DNA of 64,000 nt from Gemmatimonadales bacterium (lineage in GTDB: Bacteria > Gemmatimonadota > Gemmatimonadetes > Gemmatimonadales > GWC2-71-9), in the NCBI GenBank assembly GCA_044869265.1, contig JBIOXD010000021.1:2748-66747 (forward strand), in the 5' to 3' direction. Shown piece by piece: positions 51,503 through 60,535 of this stretch. The first letter of the stretch is position 1. Each line of letters starts with the position of its first letter. Below the pieces are notes generated by a model, which was not told where the DNA came from, did not search any database, and saw only the letters and a list, made by a program, of their open reading frames with translations. Both the position numbers and the translations under genes were made by a program.

Positions 51503-53190
51503 GGCGCGCGCGCCAACAGTGAGTCGGCCACAGCGTTATCACCGCGGGATCGGGCAGCAAGTGCCTGCGTGCGGTACGAGCCCGGACAGCGGAAGCAGAG
51601 CTGCTCGGCGCGGGCGAGCATCGAATCCGCAAGTGCCGGTCGGCCCAGCGTAAACGCCGCATCGGCTGCCGCGATGAAGAGCGTGGGATCGCGATCGTAC
51701 GTGCGCATGGCCGTCCGCAACTCGGCGAGCGCCTGCTCCGGTCGTCGATGGCTTTGGTAGATCGCCGCTGCTCTCGCGTGACCGCGATAGGAACGTGGTG
51801 AGTCCTCGAGGATGCTCGTCGTGACCGTTACGTCATCACGCCAGACGGGTACGCGCAGCGCCGACCGAATCGCGCCCGCGAGCACGAGGACGCCAACGAC
51901 CACGCGCAACCGCTGGGGTAAGAGACTCCCCGCGTTCCCCCTCTCCCGAAGAGCCTGCCCTGAGCGCAGCGAAGGGGAGAGGGGGTCAGGGGGTGAGGAC
52001 GCGAGTGTCGCCCCCAAGGCGAGTACCAAGCCCACCGATGGGAGATACAGCGTGCGCTCGGCGATCAAGACGCCGGTCGAGAAGAGCAGATTGGCGACGG
52101 GCAGAAATGCGATCGCGATCCAACCCAGGCCGAACGCCTCCACCCGCCGTCCCCTGCGCCACGCGAACAACAGCAGCGCAGCCCAGAGAGCGAGGCAGGC
52201 CAGGCCAATCACGAATCTGCTGTCCACCATGCTCTGCACGATCGTGCGCTCGGCCGGCGAATAATCGACGCGCAGCGTGACGGGTACGAGCAACAACCGC
52301 AGGACATCCCAGAGAGCAGCGACGGCCGTTAACCGCCCGTCGAAGAAGCTTTCGCCAAGAAACACCGGCGCGGTGGCGTTCAGCCGGGCGTATGGGGCTA
52401 GGACGACCGCCCTAAGCGGCAAGTACACAGCAAGGACAGCCAACCAGCTGCCCGCATAGGCCAGGATGCGAGCACGCGGTGGCCGAGCGATCCCCACGAT
52501 CCATGCCCAGGCGATGAGCCCCGGTCCCACGATGGCGTTTTCCTTACTCAACAAGCCACCGGCGAGCGCGAGGGCGCTCCAACCGACGCTGTCTTTGACG
52601 ACCGCCGCGTAGACGGCGAGGCAGACGCCGAGTGCGGCCATCAACTCGCCACGGCCAATTACGTTCGCGATGGCTTCGACGTGTACCGGGTGAACCGCAA
52701 ACAGAAGACCGGCGATGAGACCCACCCCCTGGCCCCCTGTCCCGTGGGGAGTCCTCACCCCCTGGCCCCCTGTCCCGTTGGGAGTCCTCACCCCTTGGCC
52801 CCCTGTCCCGTTGGGAGTCCTCACCCCCTGGCCCCCTCTCCCTTCGGGAGAGGGGGAACTAAAACGAAGGGCAAGTGCCGTGACGACCACCGCCATCGCG
52901 GCGTGCCAGAGCAGGTTCAGCGCGTGAAACCAGGCGGGATGGCCGCCCGTGATCGCCCAATCGATCGCAAAGGTCGCAAGTGGCAGCGGACGGTACATCT
53001 GGCCACCCAGGTCCGGCGGCCAATAGGGGGCCGCGAACGCGTTCCACACCCCACCCAGCGAATGCACCAACGGATTCCAGGCGATGATGTAGAGGTCATC
53101 CATGGCAAGCCCATTCCACAGGGCTCCCAGGTGTGGAACGATGGCGCACACGGCGACGGCGACGTAAAGCCGGCGGTCTTTACTGTCCAT
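51499..53190 (-). CDS. TMTC-like GT-C membrane glycosyltransferase candidate with TPR repeats, copy 2 (carries in-frame repeat insertions)
   Basis: LAMDDLYIIAWNPLVHS...MYRPLPLATF. Paralogous to copy 1. ATGA-type overlap with copy 1. Confidence 0.6.
   Translation of the reverse strand: MDSKDRRLYVAVAVCAIVPHLGALWNGLAMDDLYIIAWNPLVHSLGGVWNAFAAPYWPPDLGGQMYRPLPLATFAIDWAITGGHPAWFHALNLLWHAAMAVVVTALALRFSSPSPEGRGGQGVRTPNGTGGQGVRTPNGTGGQGVRTPHGTGGQGVGLIAGLLFAVHPVHVEAIANVIGRGELMAALGVCLAVYAAVVKDSVGWSALALAGGLLSKENAIVGPGLIAWAWIVGIARPPRARILAYAGSWLAVLAVYLPLRAVVLAPYARLNATAPVFLGESFFDGRLTAVAALWDVLRLLLVPVTLRVDYSPAERTIVQSMVDSRFVIGLACLALWAALLLFAWRRGRRVEAFGLGWIAIAFLPVANLLFSTGVLIAERTLYLPSVGLVLALGATLASSPPDPLSPSLRSGQALRERGNAGSLLPQRLRVVVGVLVLAGAIRSALRVPVWRDDVTVTTSILEDSPRSYRGHARAAAIYQSHRRPEQALAELRTAMRTYDRDPTLFIAAADAAFTLGRPALADSMLARAEQLCFRCPGSYRTQALAARSRGDNAVADSLLARAP
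51937..52000. repeat. Palindromic-element copy inserted in frame in TMTC-like gene 2
   Basis: CCCCCTCTCCC-N26-GGGGAGAGGGGG followed by TCAGGGGGTGAGGAC. Translated as ..PDPLSPSLRSGQALRERGNAG.. Confidence 0.7.
52721..52856. repeat. 33-bp tandem repeat (about 3.5 units) ending in a CCCCCTCTCCC-TTCG-GGAGAGGGGG hairpin, in frame in TMTC-like gene 2
   Basis: The units begin CCTCACCCCCTGGCCCCCTGTCCCGTTGGGAGT. Translated as (GGQGVRTPNGT)n. Confidence 0.85.
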
Positions 53191-54658
53191 GGTTTACGGC
53201 GAATAGCCAACGGCCGTCAGACCAGCGGTACAATGCGGTGAACAATCGGGGGTAGGCGTCGAGCAACGCCTTGAGCTGCCGTGCCGACGGTGAGCTCGAG
53301 CTCGCTAGCAAAACGTGGGTGACGCGCATCCGATCGAGGTACGCCCGATGCTCGGCCGGCGTGGGCGTAATGAGCTCGCGGCCACGATAGCGCTCGAGAT
53401 ACAGCGGCACACTCTGACGGCGGCTGTACAACCACACCAGTGTTTCATCGTCGCTCGCGAGAACGGCTGAATCCGGCAGCGTCTGAACGACGGGAAGCAG
53501 CTCCACGAAATTGGCGGAGATGTTGCGCGCCTGCGCGTCCCACCACCGGCCTGCAAAGCCGCGGATCTCATAGTTGAGGTAACCACCCACGATCAGGGTG
53601 ACGAGCAGGCCAAGCGGAAGACGAACCTCTCGCCGTGGCCAGCGTCGCCAAAGCTCCAGTGCGCCCGCAGCCCACGCCAATGCGAGCCACGGCAATACCG
53701 CCCAGAGAAACCGATCGGGTGGATGAGGCCAGACGGCGAGAATGAGCAGATAGAAGATCAGCGCGAGACCGATGGAGGACCGCCGCGCCAGCAGAGCAAC
53801 CCCGTACAGACCAATGCCGAGGGCCACTGTCGCAAGGATGTGGTAGAGCCACCTGACGGGGATCCAACCGAGCGTAATGGCCTCGAGCGGCCGCGACAGA
53901 TCGGGGACGTTCACCCTAACAGCGGTGAGTCCGGCTTGACTCAGATGCGCCGAGTAATTGCCATAGCCGAGTGCGAGCTCCGGGTCGATGGCGCGCTGAT
54001 GCGCCATGACCCAGGCGGACCAGGCCAGCGCGGCCGCGATGACCGGGAGCAGGACCGCGACCAGGGCGCGGCGCGGTGCGCGCTGGACAAGCAGAAAGAC
54101 GACCACGCCGGCCGCTCCGGCGATCCCGATCGACCGCGTCAGGAGCACGAGGGCCGCGGCAATGCCCAGGATCCAGGGACGATCGCCCCGGTCGCCCAGG
54201 ACGATGACGATCGCGAGCAGCACGGTGAACAGGGGCTCGGCAAAGACAACGGTCTGGGTGGCGAGAACCGGGATCGAAATGGCGGCTCCGCCCACGATGA
54301 CCGGAGCGAGCCAGCGCGGCGCCGTTGGTCCGAGCAGCGCCGTCCTTGTCGCGTGCCATGCGATGAGACCGGCCGCGGCAGCGCCCAGCAGCGCATTCAG
54401 CAGCTTCGCCGCGAGCGCTGCACCGGCAACGGAGAACAACCCAAAGAACGGGGCCAGAACAACTGGATACAGCGGAGGATAGTGAACCGCAGCCGGTGTC
54501 CCGGGCAGATTCGGGTGGGCGTAGCCGAGCCCGTTCGCGAGCGCAGTCGCGAGGCTGGCATACAGACCATCGTCGTAGAAGACTCCGACGAGCGCCTGAT
54601 TAAGGGCGAGCACGCCGACGACGAGCGTAGCGCCCGCCGCGAATGCCGCGCCTTTCAC
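53180..54658 (-). CDS. Polytopic GT-C-fold (ArnT/PMT-like) membrane glycosyltransferase candidate
   Basis: More than 10 TM segments. The first-loop acidic motif is VFYDDGLYASLATALANGLGY. Start set to GTG 54658 (GTGA overlap with the GT2 stop). Confidence 0.5.
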   Translation of the reverse strand: MKGAAFAAGATLVVGVLALNQALVGVFYDDGLYASLATALANGLGYAHPNLPGTPAAVHYPPLYPVVLAPFFGLFSVAGAALAAKLLNALLGAAAAGLIAWHATRTALLGPTAPRWLAPVIVGGAAISIPVLATQTVVFAEPLFTVLLAIVIVLGDRGDRPWILGIAAALVLLTRSIGIAGAAGVVVFLLVQRAPRRALVAVLLPVIAAALAWSAWVMAHQRAIDPELALGYGNYSAHLSQAGLTAVRVNVPDLSRPLEAITLGWIPVRWLYHILATVALGIGLYGVALLARRSSIGLALIFYLLILAVWPHPPDRFLWAVLPWLALAWAAGALELWRRWPRREVRLPLGLLVTLIVGGYLNYEIRGFAGRWWDAQARNISANFVELLPVVQTLPDSAVLASDDETLVWLYSRRQSVPLYLERYRGRELITPTPAEHRAYLDRMRVTHVLLASSSSPSARQLKALLDAYPRLFTALYRWSDGRWLFAVNHGQ

Positions 54659-55386
54659 TTCTCCAGAGACCGCCAACCGTTTGAATTGCTCGGGACGAAC
54701 AGGTTATACCGCACGATGTGAAACAGGGCCGCCACGCCATCTTTCCAGGTGATCTTCTTCCCTTCCGAATACGTGCGGCCGCTGTATGAAATCGGCATCT
54801 CCCAGATACGTGCGCGCGCCTGTGCCAGGCGCGCGGTGATCTCGACCTCGAATCCAAACCGGTTCGACCTCAGCGGCACGCGCTTGATCAGGTCCATCCG
54901 CACGAGCTTGTAGCAGGTCTCCAGGTCGGTGAGGTTGAGATTGGTGAACATGTTCGACAGCAGCGTGAGAAAACGATTCCCGAGATAATGCCAGAAATAG
55001 AGCACGCGATGCGGGCCGCCCTGAAACCGGGAACCGTAGACCGCGTCTGCCTTGCCTTCGCTGATGGGCTTCAGCAAGGCGGGGAGGTCGGCCGGATCGT
55101 ACTCCAGGTCGGCATCCTGGACGACCAGCGCGTCACCCGAAGCGGCTGCGACGCCGCTCCGAATCGCGGCGCCCTTGCCGCGGTTCCTCTCGTGGTGCAC
55201 CACGCGGTCGACCAACCCCTCGGCGGCCAGTTTGTCCAGGATCTCTCGTGTTCCGTCGGTTGAGGCGTCATTGACAACGATGATCTCCAGACGGAGTGGC
55301 ACACCGCGCACTCGCCGCAGGGCTGTTTCGACGGTTTGCGCTTCGTTATACGCCGGCATCACGATCGAGACGAGCAGGTTTTTCAC
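54655..55386 (-). CDS. GT2-family polyprenyl-phosphate glycosyltransferase-like enzyme (DPM1/ArnC/GtrB type)
   Basis: Start set to GTG 55386 (GTGA overlap). IVMPAYNE...IIVVNDASTDGT...GKGAAIRSG...VVQDADLEYDP. Confidence 0.75.
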   Translation of the reverse strand: MKNLLVSIVMPAYNEAQTVETALRRVRGVPLRLEIIVVNDASTDGTREILDKLAAEGLVDRVVHHERNRGKGAAIRSGVAAASGDALVVQDADLEYDPADLPALLKPISEGKADAVYGSRFQGGPHRVLYFWHYLGNRFLTLLSNMFTNLNLTDLETCYKLVRMDLIKRVPLRSNRFGFEVEITARLAQARARIWEMPISYSGRTYSEGKKITWKDGVAALFHIVRYNLFVPSNSNGWRSLEK

Positions 55387-56075
55387 CGAGCCTCGCCGAT
55401 CGTGATCAGGGACTGACCGACGCGCCAGGGCAGGAACCGCTCCAGTCTGAAGAGCGGAACGAGCGCGTCGTACAACCGGAGCGAGCCGGCGGGAATCATC
55501 TGTCGACGGAGGACTCGGCCGGCGAGCCACCATCCCGGAACCCCGGCGAGATTGAAATACTCGATGTGGCGCACGCGAAATCCGGTTCGCTCGAACTTCC
55601 CTTCGAGCTCCACGCGGGTGTAGCGGCGGTGGTGACCGAGCGCCTCGTCGATCGTGCCGTACAGCGCCGGCAGTGCGGGGACCAGGAGAACCAGCCGGCC
55701 GCCAGGCTGGAGCAGCCTGTGAATCGCCGTGAGCGACCCGATGTCGTCGTCCACGTGCTCCAGCACGTTGAGGCAGATGACCGTGTCGAACAGCTCACCG
55801 GCGAGCGCGGCGTCACGGGGCAAGTACAGGCGCGCGACCGAGATGTTGGGAAGTCCCTCGAATCGCTGCCGCAGCCGCGCGAGATACTCCTCCCGCGTGT
55901 CGGTGAGCACGACGTGCGCGCGATCGACCAGGAACGCGGAGAGCGTGCCGATGCCCGACCCGACCTCCAGGACGCGGCTGCCGATCCACGGCCGGATCCG
56001 GTCGAACATCCAGCTGTTATAGCGGACCGCATCGGCCAGGCGATCAAGCGTTGCCGCTCCGACCGGGTCATTCAC
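55383..56075 (-). CDS. Class I SAM-dependent methyltransferase
   Basis: VLEVGSGIGTLS is motif I, plus DTVICLNVLEHVDD and LQPGGRLVLLVP. Start GTG 56075 (alternative 56117). Confidence 0.75.
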   Translation of the reverse strand: MNDPVGAATLDRLADAVRYNSWMFDRIRPWIGSRVLEVGSGIGTLSAFLVDRAHVVLTDTREEYLARLRQRFEGLPNISVARLYLPRDAALAGELFDTVICLNVLEHVDDDIGSLTAIHRLLQPGGRLVLLVPALPALYGTIDEALGHHRRYTRVELEGKFERTGFRVRHIEYFNLAGVPGWWLAGRVLRRQMIPAGSLRLYDALVPLFRLERFLPWRVGQSLITIGEAR

Positions 56076-57483
56076 CCCGGTGGTTATCGGACTCCGCTCC
56101 AGCAGTCGAGCCCTCATAGCGGCTCAACTTCCGGTACAACGTGGATGGATCGATGCCCAGGACCTCGGCCGCCCGAGTCTTGTTGCCGCCTTCACTCTGG
56201 AGCACCCAGGTGATGTACGCCCGCTCGATCACGTCGAGCGAGGGATTCTTGTGTAGACGCTCGGCGACGAGAGGCTCCGCTTTGCGCTCGGTGATCTTGT
56301 CGGGAATCGCGGCGCGCGGGATGACATCGCCCTTGGTGAGCGTGACCGCGCGCTCGAGTGCGTTTTCAAGCTCGCGGACGTTGCCTGGCCAGTCGTACGC
56401 CAGGATCACTTCCTCGGCCTCGGGCGAGACGGTTTTCGGGCTCTCGCTGCGCTCGGCAGCGATATGCCCAAGGAATTCCTTCACGAAAATCGGAATGTCA
56501 TCGCGCCGCTCGCGGAGCGGAGGCAGATGAATGTTGATCACGTTCAGCCGGTAATACAGGTCCGTGCGGAAGCGTCCGCGCTTGATGTCATCCTCCAGAT
56601 CGCGATTGGTCGCGGCGACGACGCGAACGTCGACGGGAATGGCTTCCGTGCCGCCGACGGGTATCGCTTCCCGTTCCTGGAGCACGCGCAGGAGCTTCAC
56701 CTGCGTCGCGGGCGACATCTCACCGATTTCGTCGAGAAAGAACGTGCCGCCCCGCGCGGCGGCGAACAGGCCCTGCTTGTCGCGCACCGCGCCCGTGAAC
56801 GAGCCTTTGATGTGACCAAACAGCTCGGACTCGAGCAGGCTTTCGGGCAGCGCGCCGCAGTTCAGCGAAAGGAAAGGTCCCTCAGCCCTGGCCGAGAGCT
56901 CGTGCAAATAGCGGGCGATGACTTCCTTACCGGTTCCCGATTCACCCTGGATCAGGACTGTGCTCTCGGTGGGCGCCACCTGCTCGGCAAGCCGCAGAAC
57001 GTCGGAAAACAGCCGTGACTTGCCCAGCGGCTTGACCTTCCCCGACTGCTCCCGACGCCGGATTTCCTGCTTGAGCTGCTTGTTCTCGGCTCGCAGCCGG
57101 CGGTGCTCGGCGGCGCGGCGGCAGATCGCCACCATGTCGTCGTTGGAGAAGGGTTTCTGGATGTAGTAGAAGGCGCCCTCGTTGACGGCCTGGATCGCCG
57201 TCTGCAGCGAGGCCTGAGCGGTCATGAGAATGACGGGCGTTTCGGGGTCTTGCCCGCGAACGGCCGACAGGATCTCGATGCCGGTCACGCCGGGCATCTT
57301 CAGATCCGTCAGCACGATGTCCGGCGCCGAGCTCTTGAGCTGCTCGAGCCCGGCCTTACCGCCCTGCGCGGTCGTAATATCGAACCCTTCGTTCTTCAGC
57401 AGGATCCTCAGCGTTTCGAGGATGCCCTGCTCGTCATCTATTACGAGTATCGAGGGTGCGGTAGCTGTGGAAGGCGGATTCAT
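56068..57483 (-). CDS. Sigma-54-dependent response regulator (NtrC/PilR2-like)
   Basis: ILVIDDEQGILETL...[26 protein letters not shown], and the HTH AAEVLGIDPSTLYRKL. Confidence 0.85.
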   Translation of the reverse strand: MNPPSTATAPSILVIDDEQGILETLRILLKNEGFDITTAQGGKAGLEQLKSSAPDIVLTDLKMPGVTGIEILSAVRGQDPETPVILMTAQASLQTAIQAVNEGAFYYIQKPFSNDDMVAICRRAAEHRRLRAENKQLKQEIRRREQSGKVKPLGKSRLFSDVLRLAEQVAPTESTVLIQGESGTGKEVIARYLHELSARAEGPFLSLNCGALPESLLESELFGHIKGSFTGAVRDKQGLFAAARGGTFFLDEIGEMSPATQVKLLRVLQEREAIPVGGTEAIPVDVRVVAATNRDLEDDIKRGRFRTDLYYRLNVINIHLPPLRERRDDIPIFVKEFLGHIAAERSESPKTVSPEAEEVILAYDWPGNVRELENALERAVTLTKGDVIPRAAIPDKITERKAEPLVAERLHKNPSLDVIERAYITWVLQSEGGNKTRAAEVLGIDPSTLYRKLSRYEGSTAGAESDNHRGE

Positions 57484-59144
57484 TATGCAGCCTCCTCTTT
57501 TCGGCGGGCGGCTGGGAAATAGATCGTGAAGGTCGTGCCCTTCCCTGCTTCACTATCTACGAGCACGAGACCGCGATGCGCTTCTACGGCACGCTGCACG
57601 ATGGCGAGGCCGAGTCCGGTCCCGCCTACGCGTCCCGTGGCGAACGGCACGAACAGCCGGTCCTGCAGCTCCGCGGGAATCCCCGGCCCGTTATCGATCA
57701 CGCGCAGCGAGACAGGGTTTTCGATACCGGCGCCGCCCGGCAGCTCACTGTGCACGGCGCGCCCGGTGCGCACCCTGACCTGTGCGCGCGGGCCTCCGGC
57801 CTGCACCGCGTTCAGCACGAGATTGGATACGACACGGTGCAGCAGGTCTTCATCACCTTCCATCGGGGTCGGCGTGCCTTCGAGCGCGATCTTCACCCCG
57901 GGGCCGCAATCGGGGTGCTGCCTGACCAATCGGATGGCGGCTTCAGCGACTTTTTGCAGATCGACCGACCGGCATTCGGTGACGCGGACGCGCGAAAAAT
58001 CGAGGAACTCCGACAGCAGGCGCGAGAGCCGGTCACTTTCGCGCACGATGAGATTGGCCAGGAACTTCTCGTCCTGATTGGAGCGCGACGAACGGGAGAG
58101 CTGCTCGACCGAGCTGCGAATCGACGCGAGCGGATTCTTGATTTCGTGGGCCAGGCTCGAAGACAGCTCCGCCACGGCCTCGAGCCGCTCGGCACGCAAG
58201 TGCAGCTGCTCGAGCCGTTTCGAGTCCGAGATGTCCGTGAAGATGGCCGACACCCGCGGTTTGGCCCCGGGAGGGGCATCGAGGGTCGTGGTGGTTAGGC
58301 CCAGAGGGAACGTGCGATCCGGCCGGTGGACCGTGGCCTCAACGCGCATCAGACGCACGCCCCGGCGCGCGGTGGACGTCATCGCCGCCCAAAACTCGGG
58401 AGCGAGCCTCGCGAACTCCGGCATCACCGAACGGCCAAGCCACTCCCGGGCCTTGAAACCCAGGATTTCTTCGGATGCAGGGTTGGCGTAGAGCAAGCAG
58501 CCGTCGGCATCCACCGTGATGACGCCCGTGCGGATGTTGCGCAGCACATCATCGGCTTCGAGCTGCACCTGGCGCACTTCAGCCGCGAGGGCTTCCCGCT
58601 CCGCGCCCATCACATTCACCCGGCTGCCCACGTAGGCCGTTACCACGGCAACGACCACGAAGACGCCAAGCTGCACCCAGACGCTGGGAGCGACCGTCGC
58701 GGCGTGCCCCCAGAAGATATCGGAGAAGTAGACGAGCCCGGCGAAGAGTGTGACCAGACCGGCACTGGCCGGCGGCATGAGGACTGCGGTGATGGCAATG
58801 AGAAGGACGTACAGGCCAGCGAGGTCACTCTCCGCGCCGCCGGTCATGTGGACGACCGCGGTGATCAGCAGGACGTCGAACACGGCCTGGAGGTACAGGA
58901 ACGTGGGTCCCGGCAGTTTGCGGCGGAGATGGGTGTGCCAGTAGGAGGCGAGCGTGACGACCGCGGCCGAGACGAGCAGCAGCGAGGTGACGAGTATGTC
59001 GAGCGGCGCGGCAACCCGGATCTTGAGAGCGATCGTGACATACATGGCGATCGCCAGGCACATCCGGCCCACGTAGACGGACCGAAGCAGTGCCCTCGCG
59101 GACGGGATCGCGGATCCCTGCGAGTTGATCCCTAGCCAGCGCAT
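57483..59144 (-). CDS. PilS-like sensor histidine kinase (polytopic N-terminus, PAS, HisKA, HATPase)
   Basis: About six N-terminal TM helices. H-box SSSLAHEIKNPLASI. VIDNGPGI and GTGLGLAIV. TAATG overlap with the regulator gene. Confidence 0.85.
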   Translation of the reverse strand: MRWLGINSQGSAIPSARALLRSVYVGRMCLAIAMYVTIALKIRVAAPLDILVTSLLLVSAAVVTLASYWHTHLRRKLPGPTFLYLQAVFDVLLITAVVHMTGGAESDLAGLYVLLIAITAVLMPPASAGLVTLFAGLVYFSDIFWGHAATVAPSVWVQLGVFVVVAVVTAYVGSRVNVMGAEREALAAEVRQVQLEADDVLRNIRTGVITVDADGCLLYANPASEEILGFKAREWLGRSVMPEFARLAPEFWAAMTSTARRGVRLMRVEATVHRPDRTFPLGLTTTTLDAPPGAKPRVSAIFTDISDSKRLEQLHLRAERLEAVAELSSSLAHEIKNPLASIRSSVEQLSRSSRSNQDEKFLANLIVRESDRLSRLLSEFLDFSRVRVTECRSVDLQKVAEAAIRLVRQHPDCGPGVKIALEGTPTPMEGDEDLLHRVVSNLVLNAVQAGGPRAQVRVRTGRAVHSELPGGAGIENPVSLRVIDNGPGIPAELQDRLFVPFATGRVGGTGLGLAIVQRAVEAHRGLVLVDSEAGKGTTFTIYFPAARRKEEAA

Positions 59145-59209
59145 GGGGACGCATTATTGGACGGACTGTCGCAAAATGCAAGAGCGGAGGGCACAAAGCT
59201 GCCGGTAAT

Positions 59210-59315
59210 GCGACGCTAGGATACAGCGACGCTAGAAAAACGCGACGCTAGGGTGAGGCGACCTCGCCTGATCCTAGCGTCGCCTTGCCCTAGCGTCGCC
59301 GTGTCCTAGCGTCGC
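59210..59315. repeat. Symmetric inverted array: 3 x GCGACGCTAG (16-bp phase), a central 14-bp palindrome AGGCGACCTCGCCT, then 3 x CTAGCGTCGC (16-bp phase)
   Basis: Direct copies start at 59210, 59226 and 59242. Inverted copies start at 59274, 59290 and 59306. Both sets and the palindrome 59256..59269 are centred on 59262.5. Confidence 0.85.
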
Positions 59316-59324
59316 CTTATCCAG

Positions 59325-60533
59325 TTACTGCACCGCGTTCACCATATCGAAGATAGGCAAGTACATGGCCACCACCATGCCGCCGACAATGACGCCCAGC
59401 ACCACGATCATGATGGGCTCGAGCAAGGACAGCAGCGCGCTGACCGCCGCGTCGACTTCATCGTCGTAGAAGTCAGCGATCTTCGTGAGCATCTCGTCCA
59501 ATCCGCCTGTTTGCTCGCCCACCGCGATCATCGAGATCACCATGGGTGGGAACACTTTGGACTTTTGCAGCGGCGCGGCGATTGTCTCACCGCCCGCGAT
59601 CGAGGCCCGTGACTCCATCACCGCATTGTGGATCACCATGTTGCCGGCGGTGCGCGCCGTGATCTCGAGTCCATCGAGAATCGAGACGCCGGAGGAGATG
59701 AGCGTGCCGAGGGTCCGCGTGAAGCGCGAGACGGCGGACTTCCGCAGCAGATCGCCGAGCACCGGCAGGCTCAGCAGCAGCTTGTCGATCTGTAGCTTAC
59801 CAGGCGCCGTCTTGTAGTAGCGATTCAAGCTGAAGATCGCGAACCCGAGGGCGCCGAGGATGGCCCACCAGAAGTTCTTCAGCAGATCGCTGGCGCCGAT
59901 CACGATGCGCGTCGGCAGGGGCAGCTCCAGGTTCACCGACGCGAACATGTTCTGGAACGTAGGGATTACGAAGATGAGCAGGACGGCAATGGCGATCCCT
60001 GCGACCGCGAAGATGACGGCCGGGTAGATCATCGCGCCTTTCACCTTCCGCACGATGGCGTCGTTCTTTTCCAGGAACACCGCGAGGCGCAGCAGAATGG
60101 TGTCGAGAATACCGCCCGCTTCACCGGCAGCCACCATGTTCACGTACAGATCACTGAACGCCTTGGGATGTTTCCGCAGCGCGTCGGCGAGCGTGTGCCC
60201 GCTCTCGACGTCGTAGACGACCTGCCGTGTCACGTCGGCGAGCACCTTGTTCTCGGTCTGCTGTGACAGAATGTCGAGCGCTTGCACGAGCGGCAGGCCC
60301 GAGTTGATCATCGTGGCGAACTGGCGCGTGAAGATGACGACGTCGCGCGTCTTGATGCCCGCCTTGAAGAGGTCGGCAAGACCGCCGCCCTTGCCCTTGG
60401 CTTCGCGCACCTGCACCACGATCATGCGGTTCTTGCGCAGGTGGGCGATCACGTCGTCGCGCGAGGCGAGATCGATCTTGTCCCGCACGAGCTCGCCCTT
60501 CAGGTTGCGCGCAGTGTATTCAAAGACCGGCAT
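59325..60533 (-). CDS. pilC: Type IV pilus platform protein PilC
   Basis: 402 aa with a duplicated GspF-type domain and three TM regions. Adjacent to pilT and pilB. Confidence 0.9.
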   Translation of the reverse strand: MPVFEYTARNLKGELVRDKIDLASRDDVIAHLRKNRMIVVQVREAKGKGGGLADLFKAGIKTRDVVIFTRQFATMINSGLPLVQALDILSQQTENKVLADVTRQVVYDVESGHTLADALRKHPKAFSDLYVNMVAAGEAGGILDTILLRLAVFLEKNDAIVRKVKGAMIYPAVIFAVAGIAIAVLLIFVIPTFQNMFASVNLELPLPTRIVIGASDLLKNFWWAILGALGFAIFSLNRYYKTAPGKLQIDKLLLSLPVLGDLLRKSAVSRFTRTLGTLISSGVSILDGLEITARTAGNMVIHNAVMESRASIAGGETIAAPLQKSKVFPPMVISMIAVGEQTGGLDEMLTKIADFYDDEVDAAVSALLSLLEPIMIVVLGVIVGGMVVAMYLPIFDMVNAVQ

Positions 60534-60535
60534 TG

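Noticed and set aside
52721-52856. CRISPR array (also considered for 59210..59315 and 63864..64000)
   Set aside because: The repeats are contiguous or separated by 6-nt spacers only. There are no unique spacers of phage-like length and no cas genes. These are tandem or inverted repeats, not CRISPR.
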